A stretch of DNA of 64,000 bases from Eledone cirrhosa (GCA_964016885.1 OZ024747.1:92752001-92816000), one strand, 5' to 3'; positions 35,461 to 49,776 are shown, counted from the first letter of the stretch. The notes: a model not told the origin generated them from the sequence alone. Program-made: numbers and translations.

Positions 35461-37884
35461 TGCTTTAATAATGCAATTAATATAAAACATTTGATTCACG
35501 GTGAATAATGCTTGAATATTGAAACATTTTGTTTATTGCAAGTTGTTCATATATTTTCCATATTGGTAGTCTTGTTTGTCTAATAAAACAACACTAAATG
35601 GCTTAAACTAGTTCACAATCATTCATTACATTTGAATTAAAATAGATCTTGCTAAAAGCAAATTTGTAATCTAGAAAAGAAAGGTAGTTCTTTATAATAC
35701 TGATATCTCTATACATACATCTAATCATGTAAGAAGTCAATAACTGTTTTATCAAGCCCAGAGTCATTTTTAAAGTTTCTTCAATATTTTGTTCTTCACA
35801 TTCCATAATAAACCTACATTCTTTTCCTTTTTAAACCTTTTGTGGCCATATTTCTAAAGAAATACATTACCAATGTGCTTCAATTAATTTTGAAAACAAT
35901 CAAGAATTTAAAGGAATTTACTAAAATAACTAACGTTTTCTTTAGTAAGCTAATGTTTAGAACATTACTTTACAAAACGTTCTTACATAGAATTAACCAG
36001 AGGTGGGTTTTAGGGAGGTTGGTATCAAAAGGGTTAAGAAACTTCTTTATCACTTCTTGGTGTTTTACTAGTATATCCTCTGGAAAACTTCTTTTTTTTA
36101 TCTGTGTATATTTTTCATTAAAATACAAGATTTTGAAACTAAATTCTAAGGAATTACATCTTCTAGCTGAATATTCCATTCACATTTGGAATCATAGTTG
36201 TAATAAACTATAACTAAATGATACACAATAAGATAAATATGTCCTTTGAATATATTGAATTTATAAGGTTTATATTTCAGACTAAAATGATTTAGGTAAG
36301 GGTAACAAACACTTATGAGGATGCTTCAACAGAAGTATGGGTTCAAATTCAGCATGTGGGCCCCCATTTGCTCATAATAGTGAGAGATGGAGAGAGCAGG
36401 AGAGACGGAGGTAGTGACAGTGGGAGTTTCGTTCTTATGTTCCATGAAATGTTGTATGTCACTAATACATACTTTACAATAACCCTTTAGATAGAAAACT
36501 ACCCCTAGTTCTATGATAATAGGTCTATATTAAAGTATTTATATGTATCTAAAAACCTTCCATCATACCTTTATATAAGAAACTTTGTTAAGTTATATTC
36601 CAACACCAGTCTAATAATGGGAAAGTGAGTTATATTACCAAATCTTTGATTATTTTCATTATTTTCAAAATGATTTGAAAATTACAAGTAGTGTAGTTCA
36701 TTAAAAATATTGTAACAAAAGGTTTAAAATAAAATATTTAACCCTCTGCTGGAAATAATAGTCTGCCATTGATCATTTATATATTATTACTTTTAAATAT
36801 GTATTGTTAATCTTGCTATTTCAGACAAAATTTAGTAGACACCTCAAAAATTAAAATCTCTAGTATCTACGAAAATGAGAACCTCTTTTCTAGTTTTTAC
36901 ACATATTGCTTCAATACATATAATGACATTAAATTTCAGTTTTCTATTAATTTTCAAAAGGCTATTGAAAAAGTAGCTAATTTATTAATTTTTCTTTTCC
37001 CTACAGTCATTTTTGACTTCTTCTCTTCATTATACAAGGGAGATACTTTTAGCCAATATATTCAATACATTTATTTATTTTCTTAAGAATAAGTTCACAA
37101 AAATAGTACAGTTGAAAAATTTCAAAGAAAAATTCTGCATACAAGAGAAATATATAAAAGAATTCTAAAAGAAGAACTAAATGAAAAGAAATGGTCAAAT
37201 ACCATAGTAAATATTTCAATGATAACAGATGTTTTCATTCAGTATTGCAGCAAATTAATAGCTCTTGTTCTATACTTATTAAAAGACAAAAAGTAAAATG
37301 TACTGTTTCCTTTTTCAAGGAAATAAGAGAGAAATCTAAAGCCTGCTTGATGGGTTGAAAAAAAATGTTACATAAAAGCTGATAAATTTCTATAATGATT
37401 AAATATCCAAAGAAGAAAAAAATTCAATCAGATATGCTAAAAAAGGAGCTGTAAAAAATGACCAAAGTTTTGTAAATTAGGGTATTTTATCCCCGCTTAT
37501 AGTTTGCTTTCTATTTCAAAAGATTTTTTTTCTTTTTCTTTAACAATGAATTTAGATTTCTTTTCTAAACCCAATTAACTTGTACTTTGCTGGAGGTAAG
37601 ATATAGTTTTCTTATTTTATTTCCATAGTTTGTTTGTTATTTCCTAACTATCGTGAAAATATAAGAATTTCTGCTCTGCAATAGAACACAATTTTAAAAG
37701 GAAAATAAAGAAAAAATGTCTTTACATTTAAAGCAAAATAAATTTAATAGGATACAATAAAGGTTTTTCAGTGTGAATTGCATTCAGTTTTAATTCATAT
37801 GAAAGAGTAAAAACCTAAGTAAATATAATGATTAGTTTTGTATTTTAATCTAAACATATATTTAGAGAATATATTTGTATGTAG

Positions 37885-37924
<40 letters not shown>

Positions 37925-37926
<2 letters not shown>

Positions 37927-38068
37927 CGAAGGAAATGTGGTAAGGAACCAGGTGGACCATAACGCACCAAAGTACTCAATACTTGAGGTAGTAGAGTGGG
38001 TAATAGGAACCAGTAAGACCCCGACAGCTGAGCTCAAGCCGTTTCGACGGCTAATTCTGGACGGCTAA
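37925..38068 (-). mobile_element. Penelope-type terminal fragment in (TA)n
   Basis: Same family as 1464-1575 and 23891-24026. Confidence 0.6.
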
Positions 38069-38156
38069 TATATATATATATATATATATATGCAAAGAAG
38101 ACCTGCAGGTAGAAATATAAACAAATATTCAATCCAACACAGTAGAAATACCTTCA

Positions 38157-38193
<37 letters not shown>

Positions 38194-38225
38194 GTGTGTG
38201 TGTGTGCGCATGCACACACACACAT

Positions 38226-38259
<34 letters not shown>

Positions 38260-38500
38260 GACTCTCTCTCTCTCACACTCTCTCTCTATATATATAGAGG
38301 TAGAACACTGGAAGGTAATATCTGTACTGGTAGACCACTCAGTCCATGGGACGAGTTAAGTAGAAGTAGTAACACTACAGTTCGTTACTACTGTTGTGTT
38401 ACCACTTATATATATATATATATATATACATTATGAAGAGAGAAGAAACATTTAGATATAATTAGTAATAAAATGTATCATACCTAAACTGCTCCTAGAT

Positions 38501-38590
38501 TCCTCGACTACGTAGTTTCATGGCATAAACAAAAACAATACATCATAAAGATATAGAGTCCTTGCGAGGTCTGCCGACCTATCAAGAGGA
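38501..38590 (-). ncRNA. Variant or degenerate hammerhead motif
   Basis: Reverse complement TCCTC-TTGATAG-gtcGGCA...TGCC-at-GAAA-CTACGTAG-TC-GAGGA. Confidence 0.45.
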
Positions 38591-38776
38591 TACCTCATTT
38601 TACTAGTCTCAAGAACGCGTCTACACGACGTGAGAAAGAATCCCAAAAGGCGGAGGGGGAGATAGTCATGCGATATAACGGTCGAGAAACAGAGCTAAGC
38701 CTCTTATAACCTCGAAGAAAATACCACGGAGACGGAGGGGGTATTTATATCGAAGCCGTAAGTGGTAACACAACAG

Positions 38777-38807
<31 letters not shown>

Positions 38808-39379
38808 TTAGAATCATCATCGTTACTGTTTTACATTCAAGTTCCATATTCACATGATTTGGACAGGTTGTGATATTCTAAGACAAGACAGGTCAAATGA
38901 CCGCCTCTTCCTCATATGTTCCAGTTTGGCCTGTTTTCTACAGCTGAATGTCATTCATAATGCTAACCACTTTATAGTGTGTTTCTGTGTACATTTTATT
39001 TTGACACCAGTGGCACCCCTTGCAGAACACACTGGTGAGGCAGTAGTAACACTGAGGCAATCGTTGTGTCTTTAGCCAAACAGAAAGGGCCAGTGATGGG
39101 AGGGTGAGGTGGACTTAAGATTTGTACATGGCAGGAGTGGTACTGTAGGAACAGTGGCAGCTACATGCTGCTTGCTGAGAGAACCATCACTCTGGGCAGA
39201 TAGAGAGAGAGAGAGTATGTACAGGCCTCAGATCATAAGGGTGTCCTGAGAGGGCCACTACTCAGGGAGAGGAAAAGAGAAAGTGAGAGCCGGTGTTGGG
39301 TCATGGAGTTAGTCTGAGAAAGTGCTCACTCCATGAAGGAAAGAGAGAAAGAGAGACAAATATATATATATATGTATAT

Positions 39380-39662
39380 GGAGGTATGTGGCCTAGTGGT
39401 AAGGGTGTTGGACTTACAATCATAATGTCGTGGGTTCAATTCCTGGGTTGCGTGTTGTGTTCTTGAGCAAAACACTTCATTTCACGTTGCTCCAGTATAC
39501 TTAGTTGAAAATGAGTACCAGCAATAGCTGGGGGTTTAACCCTGTGATAGACTGAAGTTCTGTCCAGGAGGGGAGTCTTGTACTCTCAGTCACTTCACAC
39601 CATGAAACCAGGATAAGCACTGACCAAATGAGCCTTCTGGCTTAATACAGACTTTTAACTTT
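39380..39662 (+). mobile_element. Full-length Meta-type tRNA SINE
   Basis: A box TGGCCTAGTGG, B box GGTTCAATTCC, TTGAGCAAAACACTT, AACCCTGTGATAGACT..TCCAGGAGG, GAAACCAGGATAAGC. Confidence 0.75.
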
Positions 39663-39667
39663 AGACT

Positions 39668-39898
39668 ATATATATACATTATATATATACATTATATATA
39701 TACATTATATATATACATTATATATATACATTATATATATACATTATATATATACATTATATATATACATTATATATATACATTATATATATACATTATA
39801 TATATACATTATATATATACATTATATATATACATTATATATATACATTATATATATACATTATATATATACATTATATATATACATTATATATATAT
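39668..39898. repeat. 13-bp tandem (TTATATATATACA)n, ~17 units
   Basis: Directly visible. Confidence 0.95.
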
Positions 39899-40442
<544 letters not shown>

Positions 40443-40931
40443 AGATGCAGTTTTGTGGAGGTGGCCTGAGAAAAGCATCACTGAAGGAGAGGAGGACAGA
40501 GATTAGCAGCTGATCTGTCAACTAATTGCTTAAGGCTTTCTGCAGTAAAAAATACAATGACAAATTATATCATTTCTAAAATCCCAAACTCAGTTTGTAT
40601 TAGTACAGATGATGTACCATCAGTTATTATAATTGACATGAGCAAAAAATAAAAAGAAAATGGTCAAAAGAAATTAAATATATCTTCATAACTGTCACAT
40701 AGATATTAAAAATGATATTCTAAAATCTATTCAAGAATAGATGTTTGAATTTATATCTAAAGAATCTTAGCAGACTCATTGTACATCTTGGATTGTCACT
40801 ATTCTAAATGGTAATGTTGTTGAACAGGGATGGTTGATATTGGGACCCAGAGATCTATGGGTCTCTCCAGGAATCAATTGAAAGTTAAGTCCAAAACCCT
40901 GAAATTTCTATAAGAAATGAAAATACATAAA

Positions 40932-41088
40932 ATAATTGTTTCTATTTTTGGCACAAGGCCACTTTGTTTTATCGACCCCATAAGGATGAAAGGCAAAGTT
41001 AACCTCGGCAGGATTTGAACTCAGGCCGTAAAGGGCCGTAACTCTATGCTGCAAAGAATGGCGTCCGACCCTCTACCGATACTGCCAA
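40932..41088 (-). mobile_element. SINE family 1 (internal deletion)
   Basis: Sequence match. Confidence 0.82.
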
Positions 41089-41950
41089 ATAAAATTTCTT
41101 TACATAGGTTTATTGTCTATTCATTTTGTATTCTGTTTAATAATTTATTTAATAAATATTTATTTTGTATTCTGTTTAATAATCTATTCAAAATATATTT
41201 ATCTTGTATTCTGTTTAATAATCTATTTAATGTATATTTAATGTATAATGAGGTGTCAAGGATTCTATTTTGTTGTTGTCAACTTAAATAACATTTATTT
41301 ACAATTTCTTTTCATTCACTTGGTACGTTAGACAAAGTACCTTACTAGTCTACTTCCCAATAGTAATTAGTTCACCTTAGTAATAGATTTTAACTCTTTT
41401 TATAACAGACTACATTAACCTGCCTCTCATTCTATGATATAAAACTATTTGTTTTAAAGTGTTTATATTCATCAACCTTCCCTCATAGTTTTATGCAAGT
41501 TTCTTTAAGTTATGTCATAATAACATAATAATGATAAATTTAGTTGTATTACTAAATTCCTCCAAATTCATGTTTAATATCAAAAGAAAGTTGGCTTAAA
41601 AACCATTGATAATTACATAGATAGGAAAAAGAAAGATTAAAATAAAATTAAGTAATGAGAAAAAGAGGAAGGGGTAAAGAAGGGTAGATCTGGCTGTGTG
41701 GGAAAGTAGAGGAAAGGACTATAAATACTATAAATAAGAGGAAAAGGAGGGAGAGAGCAACGACTCTTGGGCCACAGAAGAAAGGGATGGGAAGAGGGAA
41801 GAGGGTGATGGGTTCTGGACCTAGGGTGGGGTGGTGTTTGTGCTGCGCCCCCGCAGACAAAAATCAGAGGCAGTGTTTTTCATGAGAAACCTTCTAAAAT
41901 CCTATATAGATTTCAATCTTCAGTTCCTTATACTATAAGTCGTATTAATG

Positions 41951-42165
41951 CATCATCATCATCTGGTTTAATGTCTTCTTTATTTGTCACAAGCATTGGA
42001 GTTTTTGGCAGCCTCTTTCAAAGCATTTCTCCAGAGTGTTTGTTCCAGGGATAGTTTATGGTCCAGGTTCCAGGCTTTCAGATCATCCATGATTACTCCT
42101 TCCCAGGTCTAGCGTGGGCACCCCCTTCTCTGTCTATCAGGGGCCACAATCTTAGTACATCGATA
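41951..42165 (-). mobile_element. Diverged RTE 3' fragment
   Basis: RGCPR*TWEGVIMDDLKAWNL..WRNAL, (GAT)n tail. Confidence 0.7.
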
Positions 42166-42462
42166 TATCCACATAATAAATATAGTATATTTAAAATATG
42201 CATTCCTCTCTGGTAGTTTATTCACTCATCTCATTGCATATTTTTTACATGTATTGATTTCTCTACCTACACTCTATTCTGCTTCTGTCTATTCCCTACA
42301 TACCAAGAGAGGTCATTTCCCTGCTGGTGTATCCCAGTTGTATTCCTCATTGACTCTAAAGAAGCACTTCTATTTTTTCCAAATATATTTTTAGGCTTCT
42401 GTATTGAGTGTGTAACAAGAACTTTGCTGTAAACATACAGAGGTTTCTATATTCTTTGTAGC

Positions 42463-42597
42463 TTAACCCTTTAGTATTTACATTACTCCATATTTACTAT
42501 TATATTTTCATTGTAAAGGCTTTATCTTACATAATTATCTCACATAATATTGAGTCTGAGATTTTGATAGTATTTATTTCAAGAACAATACCTTAAC
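42463..42597. mobile_element. Partial piggyBac-type MITE abutting an RTE fragment
   Basis: TTAACCCTTTAG left end only. Confidence 0.7.
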
Positions 42598-43333
42598 TTG
42601 CTTGTATACAAATGGCAATATTGCATGGTAGTGAGACCTGGGCGTTGTGTGCAGAAGACTTGCGTAAATTAGAAAGAAACGAAACTTGCATGCTCCGATG
42701 GATGTGTACTAGTAATGTACGCGAATGGCAATGCATAAACAGATTGAGAGAGAGAGATTAAGCATAAAAGGTGTCAAATGTTGTGTGCAGGAGAGGAGAT
42801 TGCATTGGTATGGACATGTGATTCATATGAAGGACAACAGCTGTATAAAAAAGTGCAGAGCGATCAAAATTGATGGAAGCTATGGAGTGGGTAGACCAAG
42901 AAAAACCTGGGACGAGGTGATAAAAACTGACCTTGCTCACTTACACCTCTCTAAGACAATGTCACTGGATTGAGACCTTTGGCGCTATGCAATTAAACAG
43001 AAGATCCGTCTTCCCTTACATACAAACTTAAACTTACAGTCAGTAGCCACCTCTTAACCCAATATACACCCATCCCACCCTACCCCACACCACCTCTTCC
43101 CACTTCCATCCACTCTAAAGTGGCCATGTAAGTGTCACGACAAAAAGCACCCAGTCCACACTGTAAATGTAGTTGGTAGTAGGAAGGGCATCCAGCCATA
43201 GTAAACCTGCCAGAAACAGTTTTGTATGAGCGAGATACGGTCACCCAACCAATCTTGCCTCAAGTGGGACAAACCTGTCCAACCCATGCTAGCGTGGAAG
43301 ATGGACGTTAAACAATGATGATGATGATGATGA
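42598..43333 (+). mobile_element. RTE 3' fragment (same family as 13908-16263)
   Basis: HGSETW, ERRLHWYGHV, GRPRKTW, (GAT)n tail. Confidence 0.9.
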
Positions 43334-43431
43334 TATATGTATAAATATATAGAGAGAGATAGATATGTATATATATTATATATATACATGTATATATGTA
43401 TATATATTATATATATATACATATATATAAG

Positions 43432-43463
<32 letters not shown>

Positions 43464-43670
43464 TGTTAATCAGTTCCCGTCCCACCCTTGCAAGCAGGGA
43501 AAAGCGGACGTAAAATGATGGTGGTGGTGGTGATATATGTGTGTGTGTTTGTGTGTGTGCATGTGTGTGTCTGTGTGTGTGTGTGTGTCTTTATGATGCA
43601 AACAACATAAGTAAACTGGTATTCTATGAGCCAAATCCATCAGTTTGTAAATGCTCCCTAGTTAGTCATA

Positions 43671-43850
43671 ATTGTTTCTACTTTTGGCACAAGGCCAGCA
43701 ATTACCAGTGTATTACTGGTACTTTATTTTATCGACCCCGTAAGGATGAAAGGCAAAGTTAACCTTGACAGGATTTGAACTCAGAATGGCAAGGGCCGTA
43801 ACTCAATGCGTCAAAGCATGGCGTCCGACCCTCTACAGATACTGCCAATC
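43671..43850 (-). mobile_element. SINE family 1 with TSD TAGTCATAAT
   Basis: TSD at ~43663 and ~43853. Confidence 0.88.
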
Positions 43851-44277
43851 TATAGTCATAATGTCAGAAATGTAGTGCATTAACAATCTGTCTATTGGAA
43901 ACCTTTAACCTTTAACCATTCTCACAAATTGTGCTGTAAAATAAAATAAATTGATAACATCACACTACAACTCTCAGATAGTGAGAAGACTTCAATAGAT
44001 TGAACACAGGGATATTGTTTCAAGGAAAACACAGCTGTTCCAACTACAGTAATCAATCAAATATACATTTTAATTTTCCACCTAGTAACAGCTGTCATTG
44101 CACAAGGTGTGTAGAGCTACTGTCATGCTCTTATCAACAGGTTTATCCACACACCACAGAACGTATCATGATCAGGGTATAAGAAGCTGCTTACATAACC
44201 TGGATCTAACTTGGTCTTCATCCTGTGGATGTCCCATCTTCCCAACATAAATGAGATACCTTTCAATGTGACAAAGG

Positions 44278-44475
44278 CTTAAACCAGCCATATCCAGACA
44301 GAGTTCTCTCACTTCTTTCTGTTCAAACCAACCCTATTTAAGGTATTGTTCTCAAAATAAATAACATCAAAATCTTGTAGATTCGATATTATATAAGATA
44401 TTTATATATGATAAAGCCTTTACCACAAAAATACAATAGTATATATAGAGAGTAATGTAAATGCTAAAGGGTTAA
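44278..44475. mobile_element. piggyBac-type MITE (left end truncated)
   Basis: Family match, AAAGGGTTAA end. Confidence 0.75.
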
Positions 44476-45270
44476 GCTGTCTTGCACTCCAACTTGACCA
44501 GCACCATTTGGCATTCTTTTAGTTCCAGCTCCCAGCCCCATAGCAGTGACTGGCTGAATCTCATACTATCACAGTGAACAGGTACTCAGCTAAACAGTGG
44601 CTGTTTCTACAGCCGTGTTTCTTTCGGGCTCCAGCTGTAAATCAGTGAGCAGCATAACTTGCATTGTGGCTTCATGTTCCATGCCTTTAGATCCCCCCTC
44701 CCCACCGCTCAACTGTCAGGACATTTTGATATCATCCACCTCCAATCACTTGCCACTCTCAATGAGGTCATTAACCCTTTAGCATTTAAACCAGAATTTT
44801 CTCACCTCTTTCTGTTCAAACCAGCTGTAACACTTATGTTAAGGTATTGTTCTCAAGATAAATAATATCAAAATCTCATAGATTTAATATTATGTGAGAT
44901 AATTATGTGAAGATAGTGTTTATGATGAAAATACAATAGTAAATATAAGAGAATGTAAATGTTAAAGGGTGACTTTAGTGCAGTTAGCTTTTTATTACCA
45001 CCGTGACTGGCAGGATAGCAAAAGGCCAGATGACATCACAATCTACCAGTTCTGAGGAAGTAAACCTCCTCATCAAGGACCAAATCTGCAATGATACTCT
45101 CTCCAGCAGTAATCTGGTGAATACTGCATCAGACCCTACTGCAACTGGGATGGAGATGGATATCCAGTAGAACGAGCTCTGTATGCTCTACTGGCTCTTT
45201 CAGTGCATCTCTCTCATCATCACCTGCAATAATGCATTCACCATTCTATCCATCAGGACCATGAAGCAAC
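44476..45270 (+). mobile_element. Degenerate CRE-like RLE retrotransposon fragment, interrupted by a MITE
   Basis: PHSSDWLN..GTQLN..HCG..ATLNEVI, then DSKRPDDITIYQF..ICNDTLSSSNL (RPD-type nuclease) with stops and frameshifts. Confidence 0.6.
44771..44973. mobile_element. piggyBac-type MITE
   Basis: TTAACCCTTTAGCATTT left TIR, degenerate right TIR. Confidence 0.8.
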
Positions 45271-45276
45271 GTCTAT

Positions 45277-45545
45277 CATCATCATCATCACCGTTTAACG
45301 TCCATTTTTCCTCACTAGCATGGATTATATGAGTTGTGTTGTTGTGAGCAATGCCAGGTCAGGTAACCATGTCTTGCTCATACAGAACTGATTTTGATTT
45401 GGTTTCTACAGCTGGATGCCCTTCCTAATGCCAACCTCATTTACAGTACTGAGTACTTTTTGTCGTGAAACCTACACAACCACTTTACAGTGTGAACTGG
45501 GGGCTTTTTGTCGTCACACCTAAATGACTACTTTACAGTGTAGGG
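45277..45545 (-). mobile_element. RTE 3' UTR fragment
   Basis: (CAT)n then match to 21128-21400. Confidence 0.8.
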
Positions 45546-45616
45546 TTCTTATATTTGATATATATTTATCCTTATCAAGCCCTCTTTGGATTTTAGTCTT
45601 ACATTTATTATTATTA

Positions 45617-45858
45617 GTGGATTGGCAGTACCGGTAGAGGGTTGGAAACCATGCTTTGCAGCATAGAGTTATGGCTCTTTATGATCTGAGTTCAAATCCC
45701 GCTGAGGTTAACTTTGCCTTTCACCCTTACGGGGTCGATAAAATAAAGTACCAGTCACGCGCTGGGGACGATTTAATCGACTTTCCCCTTCCCCAAAATT
45801 GCTGGCCTTGTGCCTATATAAGAAACCATTATTATTATTATTACTATTATTATTACTA
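45617..45858 (+). mobile_element. SINE family 1, long variant with (TTA)n tail
   Basis: Extra GGGGACGATTTAATCGACTTTCCCC segment; ends CCTTGTGCCTATATAAGAAACCATTATTA. Confidence 0.85.
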
Positions 45859-45861
45859 TAT

Positions 45862-46350
45862 ATCATCATCATCATCATCATCATCGTTTAACGTCCATTT
45901 TCCACGCTAGCATGGGTCTGGATGGGAATTGTCCCACTTGAGGCAAGATTGGTTGTCTTGCTCAGAACTGTCTGGCAGGTTTTCTACGGCTGGATGCCCT
46001 TCCTAACACCAACCATGTTTACAGTGTGGACTGGGAGGTTTTTACCGTGTTACCTACACAGCCACATTACAGCGTGGACTGTGTGTTTTATTGTCATGAC
46101 ACCTACACGTCTGGCGGGTTTTCTACGGCTGGGTGCCCTTCCCAACACCAACCACGTTTACAGTGTGTACTGGGAGGTTTTTACCATGTTACCTACATGG
46201 CCACATTACAGCGTGGACTGTGTGTTTTTTTGTCGTGACACCTACACGACCTTATTTGTTTCGGACTGGATGTTGTGGTACCAACATAACTTCACATTTA
46301 AGGGGGTAGTGTGGATGGGGTGGGGGTAGTGGGACGGGGTGTATTTTGTT
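45862..46350 (-). mobile_element. RTE 3' UTR with ~140-bp internal tandem duplication
   Basis: 45970-46110 repeated at 46110-46250; matches 13908-14260. Confidence 0.85.
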
Positions 46351-46922
46351 ATATATATATATATATATGCTTCAGCTTATATATTTTGTTATATATATAT
46401 ATGCTTCAGTTTTGCAGACTGATATATAAATATGTGTGACATTATTTAAGGCATGTGGGTGAGCGGTTAGCTTCGTGGACCAGGCGATGTATTATTATTA
46501 AGTCCTTGAGCAAAATACTTTATTTCATGTTGCTCTTTCTGCTAGGAGCTGTTACTGGTAGATAGTATCTGCAATGGAAACATTGCTTCTTTGGTCTGAT
46601 TTGATGAGTTCCACTCCAATTGGTAAACCAATAAAGTCTGGGATATTGTTGATTGTTAAGAAAGAAAAGTGACATCATGTCCTTCAACAAGACACTTTAT
46701 TTCATGTTCCTCTTTCTACAAGGTGTTACAACTGGTAGATAGTGAGAGCAATGGAAACACCAATGGAATCATTGTTTTTTTTTGGTCTGATATGACAAGT
46801 ACCACCCCCCTTGGAAAGTGAATGAGGTCTGGGATCTTGTTGATCGTTAAGAAAGAAAAGTGACATCATTTATTATGGAAATTATAACAATACATTTGTT
46901 GTTTGTTGTAGCTTAGAAACCT

Positions 46923-47432
46923 TCATCATCATCATCATCATCATTTTACGTCCAATTTTCCCTGCTTCCAAGGGTGGGATGGGTCCTATTCTGCACAGCA
47001 TCTCTCCACTTGTCACGGTCCTTCATCATCTCCTCCGTGAGCTTCAGCGATCTGTGGTCTTCTCTCACCACCTCCGCCCATGTTTTTCGTGGTCTTCCTC
47101 TACTGCATCTTCCTTCTACTGGGATTTCTTGCCACTTCTTAACCCAATGGTCATCCTCCATGTGCATCACATGTCCATACCATCTCAGCATTCTCTCCCC
47201 CACACCACAACTTATCCCTCTTATACCCAGTTTCTTTTTCAACTCGTCTATGCTCGGTCGTTCACACACATTGACATTGCACATCCAACGGAGTATGCTT
47301 GCTTCATTTCTCTCCAGCCGTCGCATATCCTCTGTAGTTGCTGCCCATGTCTCACTACCATGCAGCATTGCACATCTCACACAGTCATCATATAACCGGC
47401 CTTTCGTATGCAGGAGAAAGAACCTTGGTGGT
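46923..47432 (-). mobile_element. RTE 3' fragment (subfamily B)
   Basis: KGRLYDDCVRCAMLHGSETW..GRPRKTW. Confidence 0.9.
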
Positions 47433-47487
47433 ATATATTTTCCTGCAGAACAATGTGTAAGTCTCAGGTGTAAGTCTGTGGTGTCTA

Positions 47488-49045
47488 TGAATGTCTGTGT
47501 GCGTCTATATGTGTGTGCATGTGTGTATGCATGTATGTGAGTATATATGTGTGCATAAATGTGCATGCATATGTGTGCATACATATGTGTGTATGCATGT
47601 GTGTGTGTGCATATGTGTATGTGTATGCATATGTGTGTACATATTTGTGTGTGTGTGCATAAGCATGCATGCAATTGTGTATGAACATATATGTATGTAC
47701 ATATGTGTGTGCATGCATATGTGTGTATGTGTATATATGCGTGTGTGTATAAGTGTGCATGCATGTGTGTGCATATATGTGTGAGTATATATGTATGTGT
47801 GTGCATATGTATGTGTGGGCATATTTATATGTATGCATATGTATGTGTGTGCAAATGTATGTGTGTACATATGTATTTGTGTGCATATATGTATTTGTGT
47901 GCATATGTATATGTGTGAATATGTGTGTGTGGGTGCATATGCATGTGTGTGCATATATATATATATGTGTGTGTGTATGTGTGTGTGTGTGTTCGTATAT
48001 GTGTGTGTGCATCCAGTAGGCACCAGAATAGCATACATATGCACACATATGTATGTGTATGCATATTTATGTGTGTGTATATGTATGTGTGTGCATATGT
48101 GCATATGAGAACATATGAATGTGTGTCCATATGTATGAGTATCCATATGTATGTGTGTGCATGTGTGTGTGCATATGTATGTGTGTGTATTTGTATGTGT
48201 GACTATGTGTGTATGTCTGTGCATATGCATGTGTGTTCGTATATATATGTGTGTGTGTCCAGTAGACACCAGAATTGCATACATATGCACACATATATGT
48301 ATGTGCGTGCATATGTGCGTGAGTTTATCCATATGTGTATGCATATATATGTGTGTGCATGTGTATGTGTGTGTATATTATATGTATCCATATGTATGTG
48401 TGTGTATATGAATGTGTATCCGTGTGTATGTGTGTCCATATGTATGTGTGTCCATATGTATGTGTGTGTATATGTATGTGTGTTCATATGTATGTGTGTG
48501 CATGTGTATGTGTGTGTGCATATTATGTGTATCCATATGTATGTGTCCATATGTATGTGTGTCCATATGTATGTGTGTATATATGTATGTGTGTCCATAT
48601 GTATGTGTGTGTATATATATGTGTGTGTATATGTATGTGTATGTGTGTATATCTGTATATGTGTCCATATGTGTGTGTGTATATGTATGTGTATATATGT
48701 GTGTATATGTATGTGTGTGTATATATATGTGTATGTATGTATATATGTGTGTGTATATGTATGTGTGTATATGAATGTGTGTGTATATGTATGTGTATAT
48801 ATGTGTGTATATGTATGTGTGCATATGTATGTGTGTATATATGTGTGTGTGTATATGTGTGTATATATGTGTGTGTATATGTATGTGTGTATATGAATGT
48901 GCGTGTATATGTATGTGTATGTGTGTATATATGTGTGTATATATATGTGTGTGTATATGTATGTGTATGTGTGTATATATATGTGTGTATATGAATGTGT
49001 GTGTATATGTGTATGTATGTGTGTATATATGTGTGTGTGTCCAGT
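47488..49045. repeat. 1.5 kb degenerate (TG)/(TATG) array with higher-order structure
   Basis: Spacer CCAGTAG(G/A)CA(C/G)CAGAAT recurs at ~48013, 48259, 49041. Confidence 0.92.
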
Positions 49046-49203
49046 AGACAGCAGAATAGCTTAGCTAATGAAAGGAGATAGAGAAAAAGGCTGTTTGTAA
49101 GATAAAGGGGATATAGTGATGAGAAAGAAACACAGCGCTGAATTTGTTGTTAAGAGAAAAGGGAAGGTAAAGCTGAGGCTTATCATTTGTCAGTGTTTGA
49201 AAA

Positions 49204-49307
49204 TACAGCGCGTCCCCAAAAAATGTATACTCACTTCAACAGCATTCTAATAAATATTGCTGTACAAATAATCAAAGTGCGTATACATTTTTGGGAGACA
49301 CCCTGTA
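49204..49307. mobile_element. Tc1/mariner-type MITE
   Basis: TA-CAGCGCGTCCCCAAAAAATGTATAC / GTATACATTTTTGGGAGACACCCTG-TA. Confidence 0.8.
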
Positions 49308-49776
49308 TTTAGAGGAAGATATTTTGGGAGCCCAACCAAGAGAGAGGATGAGGGGGAGAAGGAGGGGATTAATGGGTGGGGAAAGAAAGAGTGACAGAAG
49401 CTTATGTAGAAAGATAGAGAGGATAAGCTGTGGCAGTTTTAGACTAATCCAGCTTTTCCCCATCACAGTAAAATATGTTGTGTCCTATGAAATGAATGAC
49501 AGCCTTACATGACATGAAAGGTTGGAAGGAGCACTTGTCAATAGAAATAAGAACCACATAAGTTTAGTGTACACATGATATGAGATTATCCTTATGCATT
49601 TCAGACATTTTTGTGTCCTCATCTGAAGATAACTACTCCTATGGTTCTGTGTATGGCAGAATTTCACAATAGTAATGCTATACAGAATATAAATGGAGTT
49701 GAAATGGTCAGCTTAATTTAGCAACCTAATGAAGTAAATAAATATCTATGCTAGAATATAGTCTATTGTTAAAGAT

